A stretch of DNA of 64,000 nt from contig JBMNNX010000002.1 of NCBI GenBank assembly GCA_050942745.1, positions 11,896 through 75,895 on the forward strand, read 5' to 3'. The notes under the pieces are model-generated. The model saw only the letters and a list, made by a program, of their open reading frames with translations, had not been told where the DNA came from and ran no database searches. Made by a program: the position numbers and the translations under genes. The DNA comes from Myxococcales bacterium. Lineage in GTDB: Bacteria; Myxococcota; Myxococcia; Myxococcales; UBA5297. Shown one piece after another: positions 39,268-47,452 of this stretch (the stretch's first letter is position 1; each line of letters begins with the position of its first letter).

Positions 39268-39281
39268 TTGATCCAGGTCAA
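39268..39281. promoter_or_regulatory. FNR/DNR-type box TTGAT-N4-GTCAA in the divergent crp / 4Fe-4S intergenic region
   Basis: TTGATccagGTCAA differs at one position from the TTGAT-N4-ATCAA FNR consensus. It lies 16 nt upstream of the preferred regulator start and ~110 nt upstream of the ATG at 39384. Confidence 0.4.
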
Positions 39282-39383
39282 CGACCGCAAGACTGCGTTG
39301 CGCGAGGCTGTTAATCACAGGCCCGGGACAGATGCCACTCGCACGGAAGCGGCGGCACGCACGCCGGGCACCGGAGGAGACGG

Positions 39384-40208
39384 ATGCTTCGCAAGATCAT
39401 CAGGATCGACGAGTCGAAGTGTGACGGCTGTGGCGCTTGTGTTCCCGCCTGCAAGGAAGGGGCGTTGCAGGTCATCGACGGCAAGGCGCGGCTGGTGAGC
39501 GATGTCTACTGCGACGGGCTAGGAGCCTGCCTCGGCGACTGCCCGCGAGGCGCTATCGAGATCATCGAGCGCGAAGCCCCGGCGTTCGACCTGGAGGCGG
39601 CGGAGCGGCACGTCGCCCAGCTCCAGGCGAAGAAGCAGGCCCCGGCTGCCCACGGCGGCTGCCCCGGATCGGCGCACCGCACGCTCGCCACGGCCCCGGC
39701 GTCCGGTCCCCACGCCCACCACGCGGGAGGCGGCTGCCCGGGCTCGGCGCACCGGATGCTCAACGCCGCGGGGAAGCCCGCGAGGCCCGGGCCCAGCACG
39801 GCGGCTGGACCGTCGCAGCTCGGGCACTGGCCCGTCCAGCTCCAACTCGTCTCCCCGCGCGCGCCCTTCCTTCAGGGCGCCGATCTGCTGGTCTGCGCCG
39901 ACTGCGTGCCGTTCGCTGTGCCCGACTTCCATCAGCGCTACTTGGCCGGACGCGCCGTGGTCGTAGGCTGCCCCAAGCTCGACGACATCGAGCATTACCG
40001 CGAGAAGCTCGCGGCGATCGTCTACCACGCGCAGCCGAAGAGCCTCACCGTGCTGCGGATGGAGGTGCCGTGCTGCGGAGGCATCGCGCAGGCCCTCGTT
40101 GCGGCCCGCGACGTCGCGGCGCCCGAGCTGCCGGTCGAGCTGCACACCATCGGCGTCGACGGCTCGATCAGCGTGCAGAAGCTCGGCCCTGACGCCGGGG
40201 AAGGGTAA
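39384..40208 (+). CDS. 4Fe-4S dicluster ferredoxin-domain protein with Cys/His-rich linker and C-terminal Cys-rich domain
   Basis: ORF track, 274 aa. The cluster motifs are CDGCGACVPAC and CDGLGACLGDCP. There is an internal duplication HGGCPGSAHRTL / GGGCPGSAHRML. The C-terminal domain reads LLVCADCVPF...VVGCPKLDD...MEVPCCGG. Confidence 0.8.
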   Translation: MLRKIIRIDESKCDGCGACVPACKEGALQVIDGKARLVSDVYCDGLGACLGDCPRGAIEIIEREAPAFDLEAAERHVAQLQAKKQAPAAHGGCPGSAHRTLATAPASGPHAHHAGGGCPGSAHRMLNAAGKPARPGPSTAAGPSQLGHWPVQLQLVSPRAPFLQGADLLVCADCVPFAVPDFHQRYLAGRAVVVGCPKLDDIEHYREKLAAIVYHAQPKSLTVLRMEVPCCGGIAQALVAARDVAAPELPVELHTIGVDGSISVQKLGPDAGEG

Positions 40209-40209
40209 G

Positions 40210-40640
40210 AGGCGTCGGAGCGCCGGCCTTCGTGCCGGCGCCGTCGCGCGCTCGGTGCGAGAGGGGAGGAACGCGAGGTGATTTCCCCGACCGAGTGAAG
40301 TCGGAGCGCCGGCCTTCGTGCCGGCGCCGTCGCGCGTATGCCGCGGCCGCGGAGGAACGCGAGGCGATTGCCCGACCGAGCGAAGTCGGAGCGCCGGCCT
40401 TCGTGCCGGCGCCGTCGCGCGCATGCCGCGGCCGCGGAGGAACGCGAGGCGATTGCCCGACCGAGCGAAGTCGGAGCGCCGGCCTTCGTGCCGGCGCCGT
40501 CGTGCGTCCGCCAGGGCCGCGGAGGAACGCGAGGTGATTTCCCCGACCGAGCGAAGTCGGAGCGCCGGCCTTCGTGCCGGCGCCGTCGTGCGTCCGCCAG
40601 GGCCGCGGAGGAACGCGAGGCGATTGCACCGACCGAATAA
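40210..40640. repeat. Five tandem copies of an 85-86 bp hairpin-rich unit (REP/BIME-like)
   Basis: The unit is GTCGGAGCGCCGGCCTTCGTGCCGGCGCCGTCG(C/T)GCG...GCCGCGGAGGAACGCGAGG(C/T)GATT(G/TC)CCCGACCGAGCGAA. Copies start at 40214, 40300, 40385, 40470 and 40556 (hand-indexed). Each contains the GCGCCGGC-cttcgt-GCCGGCGC hairpin. The array starts 2 nt after the 4Fe-4S gene stop. Confidence 0.9.
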
Positions 40641-40759
40641 TGAGGTAAGGGAGCGCCGCCGTCTCGGCGGCGTGCGTGCGCGGTTAAGGACTACGCGGTT
40701 GGCGAAGCTGGAGCTGCGCAACCCAGTCTTCCACCCGCGCCCAGTCCGGACGCTCCGGC

Positions 40760-41458
40760 CTACGAGTCCCAGGCCGAGAAGATGCCCTTCAACTCGACGA
40801 GCCGATCCTCAATCGAGTCGGGGACCGCCTTGGTAAAGATGTCGAGGAGGATGAGCGCGTTGATATTCGCGTCCTTCTCGCTCGCGGCCCACAGTCGGCG
40901 TGCGAAGGCGCGGTTGACCTCGGCGGTGGCCCTGTAGGCGTCAGCGAGCCCGGCCAACGTCCAGTCGGGCTGGTGGCCGTCCTGCATGCGCAGGAACTGG
41001 CCGACCAGGTACATCGAGGTCGAGCGGAACATCGTCTCGAGCGGAGTGGCGAACGGCAGGTGGAAGCGCACCATCGGCCGCAGCTTCGCCAGGATCGGGC
41101 AGCCGCTCGTCGACATGTAGATGCCCAGCAGCGAGCTGAGGCCCGCCTGCACCGTAGTGTGGGCCGACATCGAGCGCTCCGGGACATCGACCCGGACTTC
41201 GGCCTCCTCGAACGACAGCGTCCGCGAGAAGCCCGACACCGCATCGACGAGGTGCGCGGCCGTCGGGCACAGCGGCATCGTCTTCGGGTCGAGCGGGCAG
41301 TTGGGACACTGCTGAAATTCGAGCTGCGTCCACTCAGGCGCCTGTTCCGGCAGCGAGGCGACGTTGAGCAAGGTCTCGGGATGGAGCCGCACCGTGAACT
41401 CGACCTCAGTCCCGTCGCTCAGTCGGAACACGTAGTGAATCGGATAGGCGCCTTCCAT
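40760..41458 (-). CDS. Hypothetical protein with CPNCP / CP / GCP cysteine motifs
   Basis: ORF track, 232 aa, with protein-like composition: MEGAYPIHYVFRLSDGTEVEFTVRLHPETL...FQQCPNCPLDPKTMPLCPTAAHL...STSGCPILAKLRPMVRFHLPFATPLE... I do not recognise the family. Confidence 0.6.
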   Translation of the reverse strand: MEGAYPIHYVFRLSDGTEVEFTVRLHPETLLNVASLPEQAPEWTQLEFQQCPNCPLDPKTMPLCPTAAHLVDAVSGFSRTLSFEEAEVRVDVPERSMSAHTTVQAGLSSLLGIYMSTSGCPILAKLRPMVRFHLPFATPLETMFRSTSMYLVGQFLRMQDGHQPDWTLAGLADAYRATAEVNRAFARRLWAASEKDANINALILLDIFTKAVPDSIEDRLVELKGIFSAWDS

Positions 41459-41845
41459 AAGCCTTCGAGCCTTCCCTGGTGCGGTGGTTCGGCAAGATTA
41501 GTGGCGTTCCAGATATCGGGCAATTGCGGACGTCCCGCCCCACCTGCCTCTCGGGAGCCGCTTGGGCGAGCGGCATCCGGCCTCGCGACCGCACCCCTGA
41601 TGTCCAGCGCCGCGCGGGCACAGGCCAGGGTTCGTCCCTGCCCGGTGCGCCGGGCTTCGGCTCACAGGGCTGGCTCGACCTTACTCGGCGGGATCGCCGC
41701 CCCGCCATACAGCCGGCTGTGCCTGGCCTTCGCTCCTGCAGCGAGCTGCCTGCGGCAGGGCGACTTGGTGTCCGGGCAGGGCTACGTCTGCGGCCTTGTT
41801 TCGGACTAGAGTCCCTCGCCCATGGAGCCCAGTGTCGAGAATCCG

Positions 41846-43612
41846 ATGCTCAAGTCTCTGCCCGCCGCGGCCTGCGCGGTCCTGCTCGCGGTGCCGCTTT
41901 CTGCATTCGGCTACGCCGGCCAGGTCTTGAGGGAGCTGCCCTCTCCGGTCCGGGAGCCGACCGGCATGGCGTCCGACGGCCAGGCCCTCTGGATCACCGA
42001 CATGGCCACGCGCACCGTGGTCAAGGTGCGGCCTGCCGATGGAACGGTCGCCGACAAGCTCGAGCTCCCGGGAGACCTGCCCACGGGCGTCGCCTTCCAC
42101 GATGGCCTGCTCTTCACCGCGGACCGCTCCAGGAGCTGGATCGCCCGGCGCCGGTTGAGCAGCGGTCCCGACCTTTCGCACCTTCCGTATTACGAGCGGT
42201 GGGCGGGCGGGCTCGTCCACGACGGCACCCACCTCTGGGTCGTCGATCAGCGCGAGGCGAAGATCCACAAGCTCGATCCGATCGACGGCACGACCATCCA
42301 GACCTTCGACGCGCCGGCCAAGGCGCCCACCGACATCGCTTTCGACGGGCGCTACCTTTGGATCGGCGATCACGGGACCGACGAGCTGTACATGGTCGAC
42401 CGCCGCGACGGGAAGGTGATCATGCCCGTCCGCGCGCCCGGGCCGTATCCAAGCGGCCTCGCCGTGCTCGAGGGCGCGCTCTGGGTCGCCGACTACCAGA
42501 CCGAGCGGCTCTACCAGGTCTCCTTGCCCGACGGGACTCCGTACGTCGAGGACCAGGAGCGCCGGGTGCGCGTCTCTTACGAGGTGACCTACCGGGCCGA
42601 AGGCTCGGGCCGCATCGTCGACCTCGTCTCACACGTGGCGCTGCCGCGTGAGCTGCCCGGCCAGCACATCCTGGGCCCGGTGCGGTTCGAGCCGCAGCCG
42701 CAGCGCGTGGTCGCCGACCGCTGGGGCCAGGAGGTCGCGGTCTTCGAGCTCGGGCCGCTGGCGGCCGGCGAGGTCCGCCGCGTCACCTGGACCGGCGACT
42801 TCGCGGTCTACCGCACCCGCTTCCAAATCGTGCCCGAGATGGTCGGCGAGCCCTCGCCGCTCGACCCGTCGCTCGCGCCCTATCTCGCCGACGATCGCAA
42901 GTACGACCTCGAGGACCCGAAGCTGGGCGAGCTCGTCGCCCGGCTGACCACCGGCAAGACGGCGCCCTACGACCGCGCGCGGGCGATCTACGAGCACCTG
43001 ACGCGGAGCATCGTCTACGACCGCTCCGGCGGCTGGAACAACGCGGCGGCCGTGCTCGCGCGCGGCACCGGGAGCTGCAGCGAGTACACCTTCGCGCTCG
43101 TCGCCATGCTGCGAAAGGCGGGCATCCCCGCCCGCTACGTGGGCGCGCTGTCCGAGCGCGGCGACGAGGCGAGCTACGACCACGTCTTCCATCGCTGGGC
43201 CGAGGCCTTCTTCCCCGGCTTCGGATGGGTCCCCATCGACGCGAACGCCGGGTACGGCACGCTGCCGGGCGAGCGGGGCCACTACTTCGGCGGGCGCAGC
43301 AATCGCCACGTGATCACCACGGTCGCCGGAGGCGAGAGCGAGCTGCTCGACTGGAGCTACAACAGCCACGAGACCTACGGCGTCGAGGGCGGGGCGACCC
43401 TCGACGTGCAATCGATTGCGCGCTTCCGGCCGCTGCTTCAGGAGGGCGAGGTCAAGCCGCATCAGGCGCCGCGCGTGGTCGCGCCGACGCTGACCGACGG
43501 GATTCAGCGGGCGGCCGGGCTTCGCGGCCTCTGGTACGCGGTCGGCGCTGCCGCCGTGTCGCTCGGGCTGGGCCTCGGCGTCGGCATGCTCCTCGGCCGG
43601 CAGCGGGACTAG
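41846..43612 (+). CDS. Transglutaminase-like cysteine protease-fold protein with N-terminal beta-propeller (glutamine cyclotransferase-like) region and C-terminal TM anchor
   Basis: ORF 41822..43612. ATG 41846 gives the signal-like MLKSLPAAACAVLLAVPLSAFG. Propeller-like blades repeat (ASDGQALWITD, VAFHDGLLFTAD, VHDGTHLWVVD, IAFDGRYLWIGD, LAVLEGALWVAD). The transglutaminase core is GTGSCSEYTFALVAMLRKAGIPARYV...HRWAEAF...GWVPIDAN. The C-terminal helix is LWYAVGAAAVSLGLGLGVGMLLG. Confidence 0.8.
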   Translation: MLKSLPAAACAVLLAVPLSAFGYAGQVLRELPSPVREPTGMASDGQALWITDMATRTVVKVRPADGTVADKLELPGDLPTGVAFHDGLLFTADRSRSWIARRRLSSGPDLSHLPYYERWAGGLVHDGTHLWVVDQREAKIHKLDPIDGTTIQTFDAPAKAPTDIAFDGRYLWIGDHGTDELYMVDRRDGKVIMPVRAPGPYPSGLAVLEGALWVADYQTERLYQVSLPDGTPYVEDQERRVRVSYEVTYRAEGSGRIVDLVSHVALPRELPGQHILGPVRFEPQPQRVVADRWGQEVAVFELGPLAAGEVRRVTWTGDFAVYRTRFQIVPEMVGEPSPLDPSLAPYLADDRKYDLEDPKLGELVARLTTGKTAPYDRARAIYEHLTRSIVYDRSGGWNNAAAVLARGTGSCSEYTFALVAMLRKAGIPARYVGALSERGDEASYDHVFHRWAEAFFPGFGWVPIDANAGYGTLPGERGHYFGGRSNRHVITTVAGGESELLDWSYNSHETYGVEGGATLDVQSIARFRPLLQEGEVKPHQAPRVVAPTLTDGIQRAAGLRGLWYAVGAAAVSLGLGLGVGMLLGRQRD

Positions 43613-43665
43613 GCGAGGACCGACCGAGGGATGGCCCTTGGCCGCTCGCGCGCGCGGCGCCCTCC

Positions 43666-44622
43666 TCAAGGCAGCTCGAAGGTGACGCGCGTCGGCCGCG
43701 CGATGAGCGCGTCGCACGGGCTTCGCCGCAGGACGCTCTCGGCGACGCTGCCGAGCAGCATGTGCGCCAGGCCCGAGCGCGCGTGCGTCCCGAGCACGAT
43801 GACGTCAGCCCCGCGGCGCACCGCCTCTTCGAGCACGACGGTCCGCGGCTCGCCGCGGCGCACGACCCCGATGACGGTGACGTCTTCGGGCGCCTCGAGC
43901 GAGTCGACCAGGCTGCTCGTGCCTTGCTGCGCGGCCTGCCGCAGCTCCTGGCGGTACTGCACGAGCTGATCCTCGGGCAGGTAGGTCTCCATCGAGGTCT
44001 CGAAGGGCAGTTGGTACGCGTGCAGCAGCTCGAGCGTGGCGCCGGCGGGGGCGATGCTCAGGGCGAGGTCGGCGATCTCCCGCGAGATGTCGGAGAGGTC
44101 GACCGCGGCGAGCACGCGCCGATACGGCTTGGAGGGCGACTGGGCGACCACGAGCACCGGGATCTCGGCCTTGCGCACGACGCGCTCGGCGACCGAGCCG
44201 GCCGCGACCCCGCCGAAGAGGCGGGCGCGCATGCCCGAGGGCCTCTTCCCCCGGCCCATCACGATGAAGTCGGCGTTCATGGCGCGCGCACGCCGGATGA
44301 TCTCGACGAAGGCGCGCCCTTGGCCGAGGACCGGCGTAAAGCGGACGTCGTCCCGGCCGATCTTCCTCGCCGCCGCGGCCGCCTCTTCGACGGCCTCTTC
44401 GAGCGAAGCGCGCGCCTGGCGCTTGGCCGAAGCCTGAAGATCGCCGGGGAGCTTCTCGGGCAGCACGTGCAGCACGCTGAGGCGCGCGCCGCGGGCGAGC
44501 GGCAACTGCACCGCGCGCCGCGCCGCCCGCCGCGCCGGGCGCGAGAAGTCAGTGGCCACGAGCACGCGCCTGGCCAGGGCGCGCCCCTCCTGCACGCTCG
44601 CTCTGTCCTGCTTGGAAGCCAT
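43666..44622 (-). CDS. Tandem universal stress protein (2 x UspA domain)
   Basis: ORF 43666..44691; start moved to ATG 44622 (MASKQDRAS) with AAGGAG upstream. There are two Usp units: RVLVATDFS...ADFIVMGRG...GSVAERVVRKAEIPVLVV and RVLAAVDLS...ADVIVLGTHARSGLAHMLLGSVAESVLRRSPCDALI. Confidence 0.85.
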   Translation of the reverse strand: MASKQDRASVQEGRALARRVLVATDFSRPARRAARRAVQLPLARGARLSVLHVLPEKLPGDLQASAKRQARASLEEAVEEAAAAARKIGRDDVRFTPVLGQGRAFVEIIRRARAMNADFIVMGRGKRPSGMRARLFGGVAAGSVAERVVRKAEIPVLVVAQSPSKPYRRVLAAVDLSDISREIADLALSIAPAGATLELLHAYQLPFETSMETYLPEDQLVQYRQELRQAAQQGTSSLVDSLEAPEDVTVIGVVRRGEPRTVVLEEAVRRGADVIVLGTHARSGLAHMLLGSVAESVLRRSPCDALIARPTRVTFELP

Positions 44623-44726
44623 GGGCGAAAGCTCCTTGCAGCCAAAACCTGGGACCTGAGCTCCGAATTTGCAGGGGAGGGCTCGGTCCATAGATTCACG
44701 AGCGGCCGGATGGCCGAAGAGCCCAG

Positions 44727-47036
44727 ATGCCGCTCGTTCTCCTCCTCATCATCGGGGCGCCCTTTCTCGTCGGTGGACTGGCGCTGCTCGTCGCGCCGCG
44801 CTCGCTCCGGTGGGCGGGCCTGCTCGCGCTGCTCGCGCCGGCGGCGGTGAGCGCGCTTGGGTTCGTGCTCTGGCGCCAGGTGGCCGACGGGCCGCCGCTC
44901 GTCGTGCCGGTGGAGTGGATCCCGGCGCTCGGCATCAGCCTGAGCCTGGCCGCCGACAGGCTCTCGGCCTTCTTCGTGCTGCTCGTCGGGCTCATCGGCA
45001 TCGGCATCGTGCAGTACGCGAGGCACTACCTCGGCCGGCGCGCGAGCGGCGGCTGGTGGGCGCTGCTGCTCGCGTTCATGGGCTCGATGCTCGGCGTCGT
45101 GCTCTCCGACAACGTCTTGCTGCTCTTCGTGTTTTGGGAGCTGACGACCATCACCTCGTCGCTGCTCATCGGCTGGTCGTTCGCCGAGGGCAAGGCGCGC
45201 TACGGCGGCATCCAGGCGTTCCTGGTGACGAGCGGCGGCGCGCTCTTCATGCTCGCCGGCTTCGTGCTGATGGCCCAGCTCGCCGGCAGCTTCGAGCTGT
45301 CGGCCTGGGCCGCCCGCTCGGCCGAGCTCTGCGCCGATCCGCGCCACGCGCTGCCGCTGGCGCTCATCCTCGTCGGCGCGCTCACCAAGTCGGCGCAGTT
45401 CCCCTTCCACTTCTGGCTCCCGGGGGCGATGGCCGCCGAGACCCCGGTGAGCGCCTACCTGCACTCGGCGACGATGGTGAAGGCGGGCATCTACCTCGCC
45501 ATCCGCCTCTTCCCGATCTTCGCGGCCTCGGCGCTCTGGATGCCGCTGCTTACGGCGGTCGGGATGGCCACCTTCGTCATCGCCGGCTGGAGCGCGCTGC
45601 GCAGCCACGATCTGAAGGGGGTCCTCGCCTACAGCACCTCCGCCTACCTCGGCCTGCTCGTCGCCTACATCGGCTACGCGGCGGTCAGCGGCAGGCTCGA
45701 GGGCGAGCTCTTCAACGTCACCAACCACGCGGTCTACAAGTCCTCGCTGTTCCTGCTCGTCGGGTGGATAGAGAAGCGCACCGGGACGCGCGACCTGCGC
45801 ACGCTCGAGCCCGAGCGCTGGATCCTCCACTTCCCGTTCGCCGCGGCGCTCGTCGCGGTCGGCATCTTCGCGATGGCCGGCGCGCCCCTTTTGCTCGGCT
45901 TCGTCAGCAAGGAGCTGTTCTTCGAGACCGTCGCGAGCGCCGCCACCTCGCCTCTGTCGCCGGGCGTGGTCCTCGCCGTCGCCGGGAGCGCGGTCGCCGT
46001 GGCGTACTCGCTCAAGGTCTTCATCGACATCTTCTTCGGCGACGAGCAGCCGCCCACCGACCGCGGCCAGCCGCGCCACGAGGTCTCGGGCTGGCTGCTC
46101 GCCGTCCCGGCGCTGCTGCTCGTGGTCCAGCCTTTGGGCGGCCTCGTCCCTTGGGTCTTCGGGCGCGCGCTCGACCCGGAGCACGACTGGGCGGTCTGGC
46201 CCGCCTTCTGGCACGAGGCGGGCGCGCTGCTCGTGATGAGCCTGACCACCTTCGCCGCGGGCGGGGTCGTCTTCGCCTTCCGGCGGCACATCTACCGGTG
46301 GCCGCGCGCCCCCGGGCCGCGCCGTCTGTTCGATTGGCTTGCCGGCGCGACGCTGAAGGGCGCGGGCCGGCTCGGGGACGCGCTGCAGGCGGGCGGGCAC
46401 CCGCGCTACATCGCGGTGGTGCTCTTCTTCGCCGTCGGTGCGATGGTCGCCGGGCTGTTCTGGAGCGGGTCCCACCTCACGGTCGGCGGGTGGAGCTGGG
46501 GGGCGGGAGCCGAGCTCGGTTGGCTGCCGCTCGTCTTCGTCGGCGGCTCGGCCATCTGCGCGGTGGCGCTGCGCCGGCGCATCCCGAAGGCGGTGATGAT
46601 CGCCGTCTCCGGCTACGGGGTGGCGGTCTACTACGTCGTCTACCGCGCTCCCGACGTCGCGCTGACGCAGGTGCTCGTCGAGACGATGTCGCTGGTGCTG
46701 CTCGTCCTCATCTTCGGCGGTATGCCGCCGCTGACGAAGGATCGGCGCTCCCGCGCGCAGAAGACCTGGCACCTGGCCGTCTCGGCGCTGACCGGGTTGG
46801 CGATGGCAACCTTCGCCTGGAGCGCCGGGATGCACGAGGCGCCGGACCGGGCCGGGGCGCAGCAGCTCGACCTCGCTCTGCCGGAGGCTGGCGGCAAGAA
46901 CGTCGTCAACGTCATCCTCGTCGACTTCCGCGGCGGCGACACCCTGGGAGAGATCACCGTGCTCGCCATCGCGGCCATCGCAGCCATCGCGCTGGTGACC
47001 GCGGGCCTGTACCGCGGGCGGGAGCTGGTTCATTGA
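44727..47036 (+). CDS. mrpA: Na+/H+ antiporter Mrp/Mnh subunit A (NuoL-like + MnhB-like C-terminal domain)
   Basis: ORF track, 769 aa, polytopic. It has NuoL/MrpA blocks WELTTITSSLLIG, KSAQFPFHFWLPGAMAAETPVSAYLHSATMVKAGIYL and the C-terminal NVVNVILVDFRGGDTLGEITVL. Confidence 0.92.
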   Translation: MPLVLLLIIGAPFLVGGLALLVAPRSLRWAGLLALLAPAAVSALGFVLWRQVADGPPLVVPVEWIPALGISLSLAADRLSAFFVLLVGLIGIGIVQYARHYLGRRASGGWWALLLAFMGSMLGVVLSDNVLLLFVFWELTTITSSLLIGWSFAEGKARYGGIQAFLVTSGGALFMLAGFVLMAQLAGSFELSAWAARSAELCADPRHALPLALILVGALTKSAQFPFHFWLPGAMAAETPVSAYLHSATMVKAGIYLAIRLFPIFAASALWMPLLTAVGMATFVIAGWSALRSHDLKGVLAYSTSAYLGLLVAYIGYAAVSGRLEGELFNVTNHAVYKSSLFLLVGWIEKRTGTRDLRTLEPERWILHFPFAAALVAVGIFAMAGAPLLLGFVSKELFFETVASAATSPLSPGVVLAVAGSAVAVAYSLKVFIDIFFGDEQPPTDRGQPRHEVSGWLLAVPALLLVVQPLGGLVPWVFGRALDPEHDWAVWPAFWHEAGALLVMSLTTFAAGGVVFAFRRHIYRWPRAPGPRRLFDWLAGATLKGAGRLGDALQAGGHPRYIAVVLFFAVGAMVAGLFWSGSHLTVGGWSWGAGAELGWLPLVFVGGSAICAVALRRRIPKAVMIAVSGYGVAVYYVVYRAPDVALTQVLVETMSLVLLVLIFGGMPPLTKDRRSRAQKTWHLAVSALTGLAMATFAWSAGMHEAPDRAGAQQLDLALPEAGGKNVVNVILVDFRGGDTLGEITVLAIAAIAAIALVTAGLYRGRELVH

Positions 47037-47452
47037 GGTCGCTCATCGTCAAGTACATCGCCGAGCTCATCCTCCTGGTGACGACCACGTTCGCCGTCTA
47101 CCTGGTGCTGCGTGGCCACGACGCGCCGGGCGGCGGCTTTGCCGCGGGCATCGCCGCGAGCCTGGGCATCCTCCTGCAGGCGATAGCCATCGGCTTTCGC
47201 GAGACGAGGCGCCTGTTCGAGCGAGTCCTGCGCCCGGCGTGGGGCTTGGGGATGGCGCTGGCGGTCGGAGCCGCGGCCGTGCACGTGGTGACCGGGGCGC
47301 CGTTCTTCACCCACTTCCACGCCGAGGCCAGGCTGCCCGGCTCGGAGATGTCGCTCTCGACGGCGCTCGCCTTCGACGCCGGGGTCTTCCTGGTGGTCAT
47401 CGGCTCGACGGCGGCGGCCTTCGCCGCGCTCTCGGAGGCGGCGCGGTGGTAG
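47033..47452 (+). CDS. mrpB: Mrp/Mnh antiporter subunit B
   Basis: Tail of track ORF 44669..47452. The in-frame TTG at 47033 overlaps the mrpA stop (TTGA), giving (M)RSLIVKYIAELILLVTTTFAVYLVLRGHDAPGGGFAAGI..., the MnhB RGH..PGGGF motif. The start codon choice is uncertain. Confidence 0.75.
   Translation: MRSLIVKYIAELILLVTTTFAVYLVLRGHDAPGGGFAAGIAASLGILLQAIAIGFRETRRLFERVLRPAWGLGMALAVGAAAVHVVTGAPFFTHFHAEARLPGSEMSLSTALAFDAGVFLVVIGSTAAAFAALSEAARW

Noticed and set aside
40210-40640. Possible CRISPR array: regularly spaced ~33-nt palindromic repeat GTCGGAGCGCCGGCCTTCGTGCCGGCGCCGTCG.
   Set aside because: The ~52-nt segments between the palindromes are themselves conserved between units, so the whole 85-86 bp unit is what repeats. 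There are therefore no unique spacers. No cas genes or leader are present in the window. It fits a tandem REP/BIME-like repeat better.
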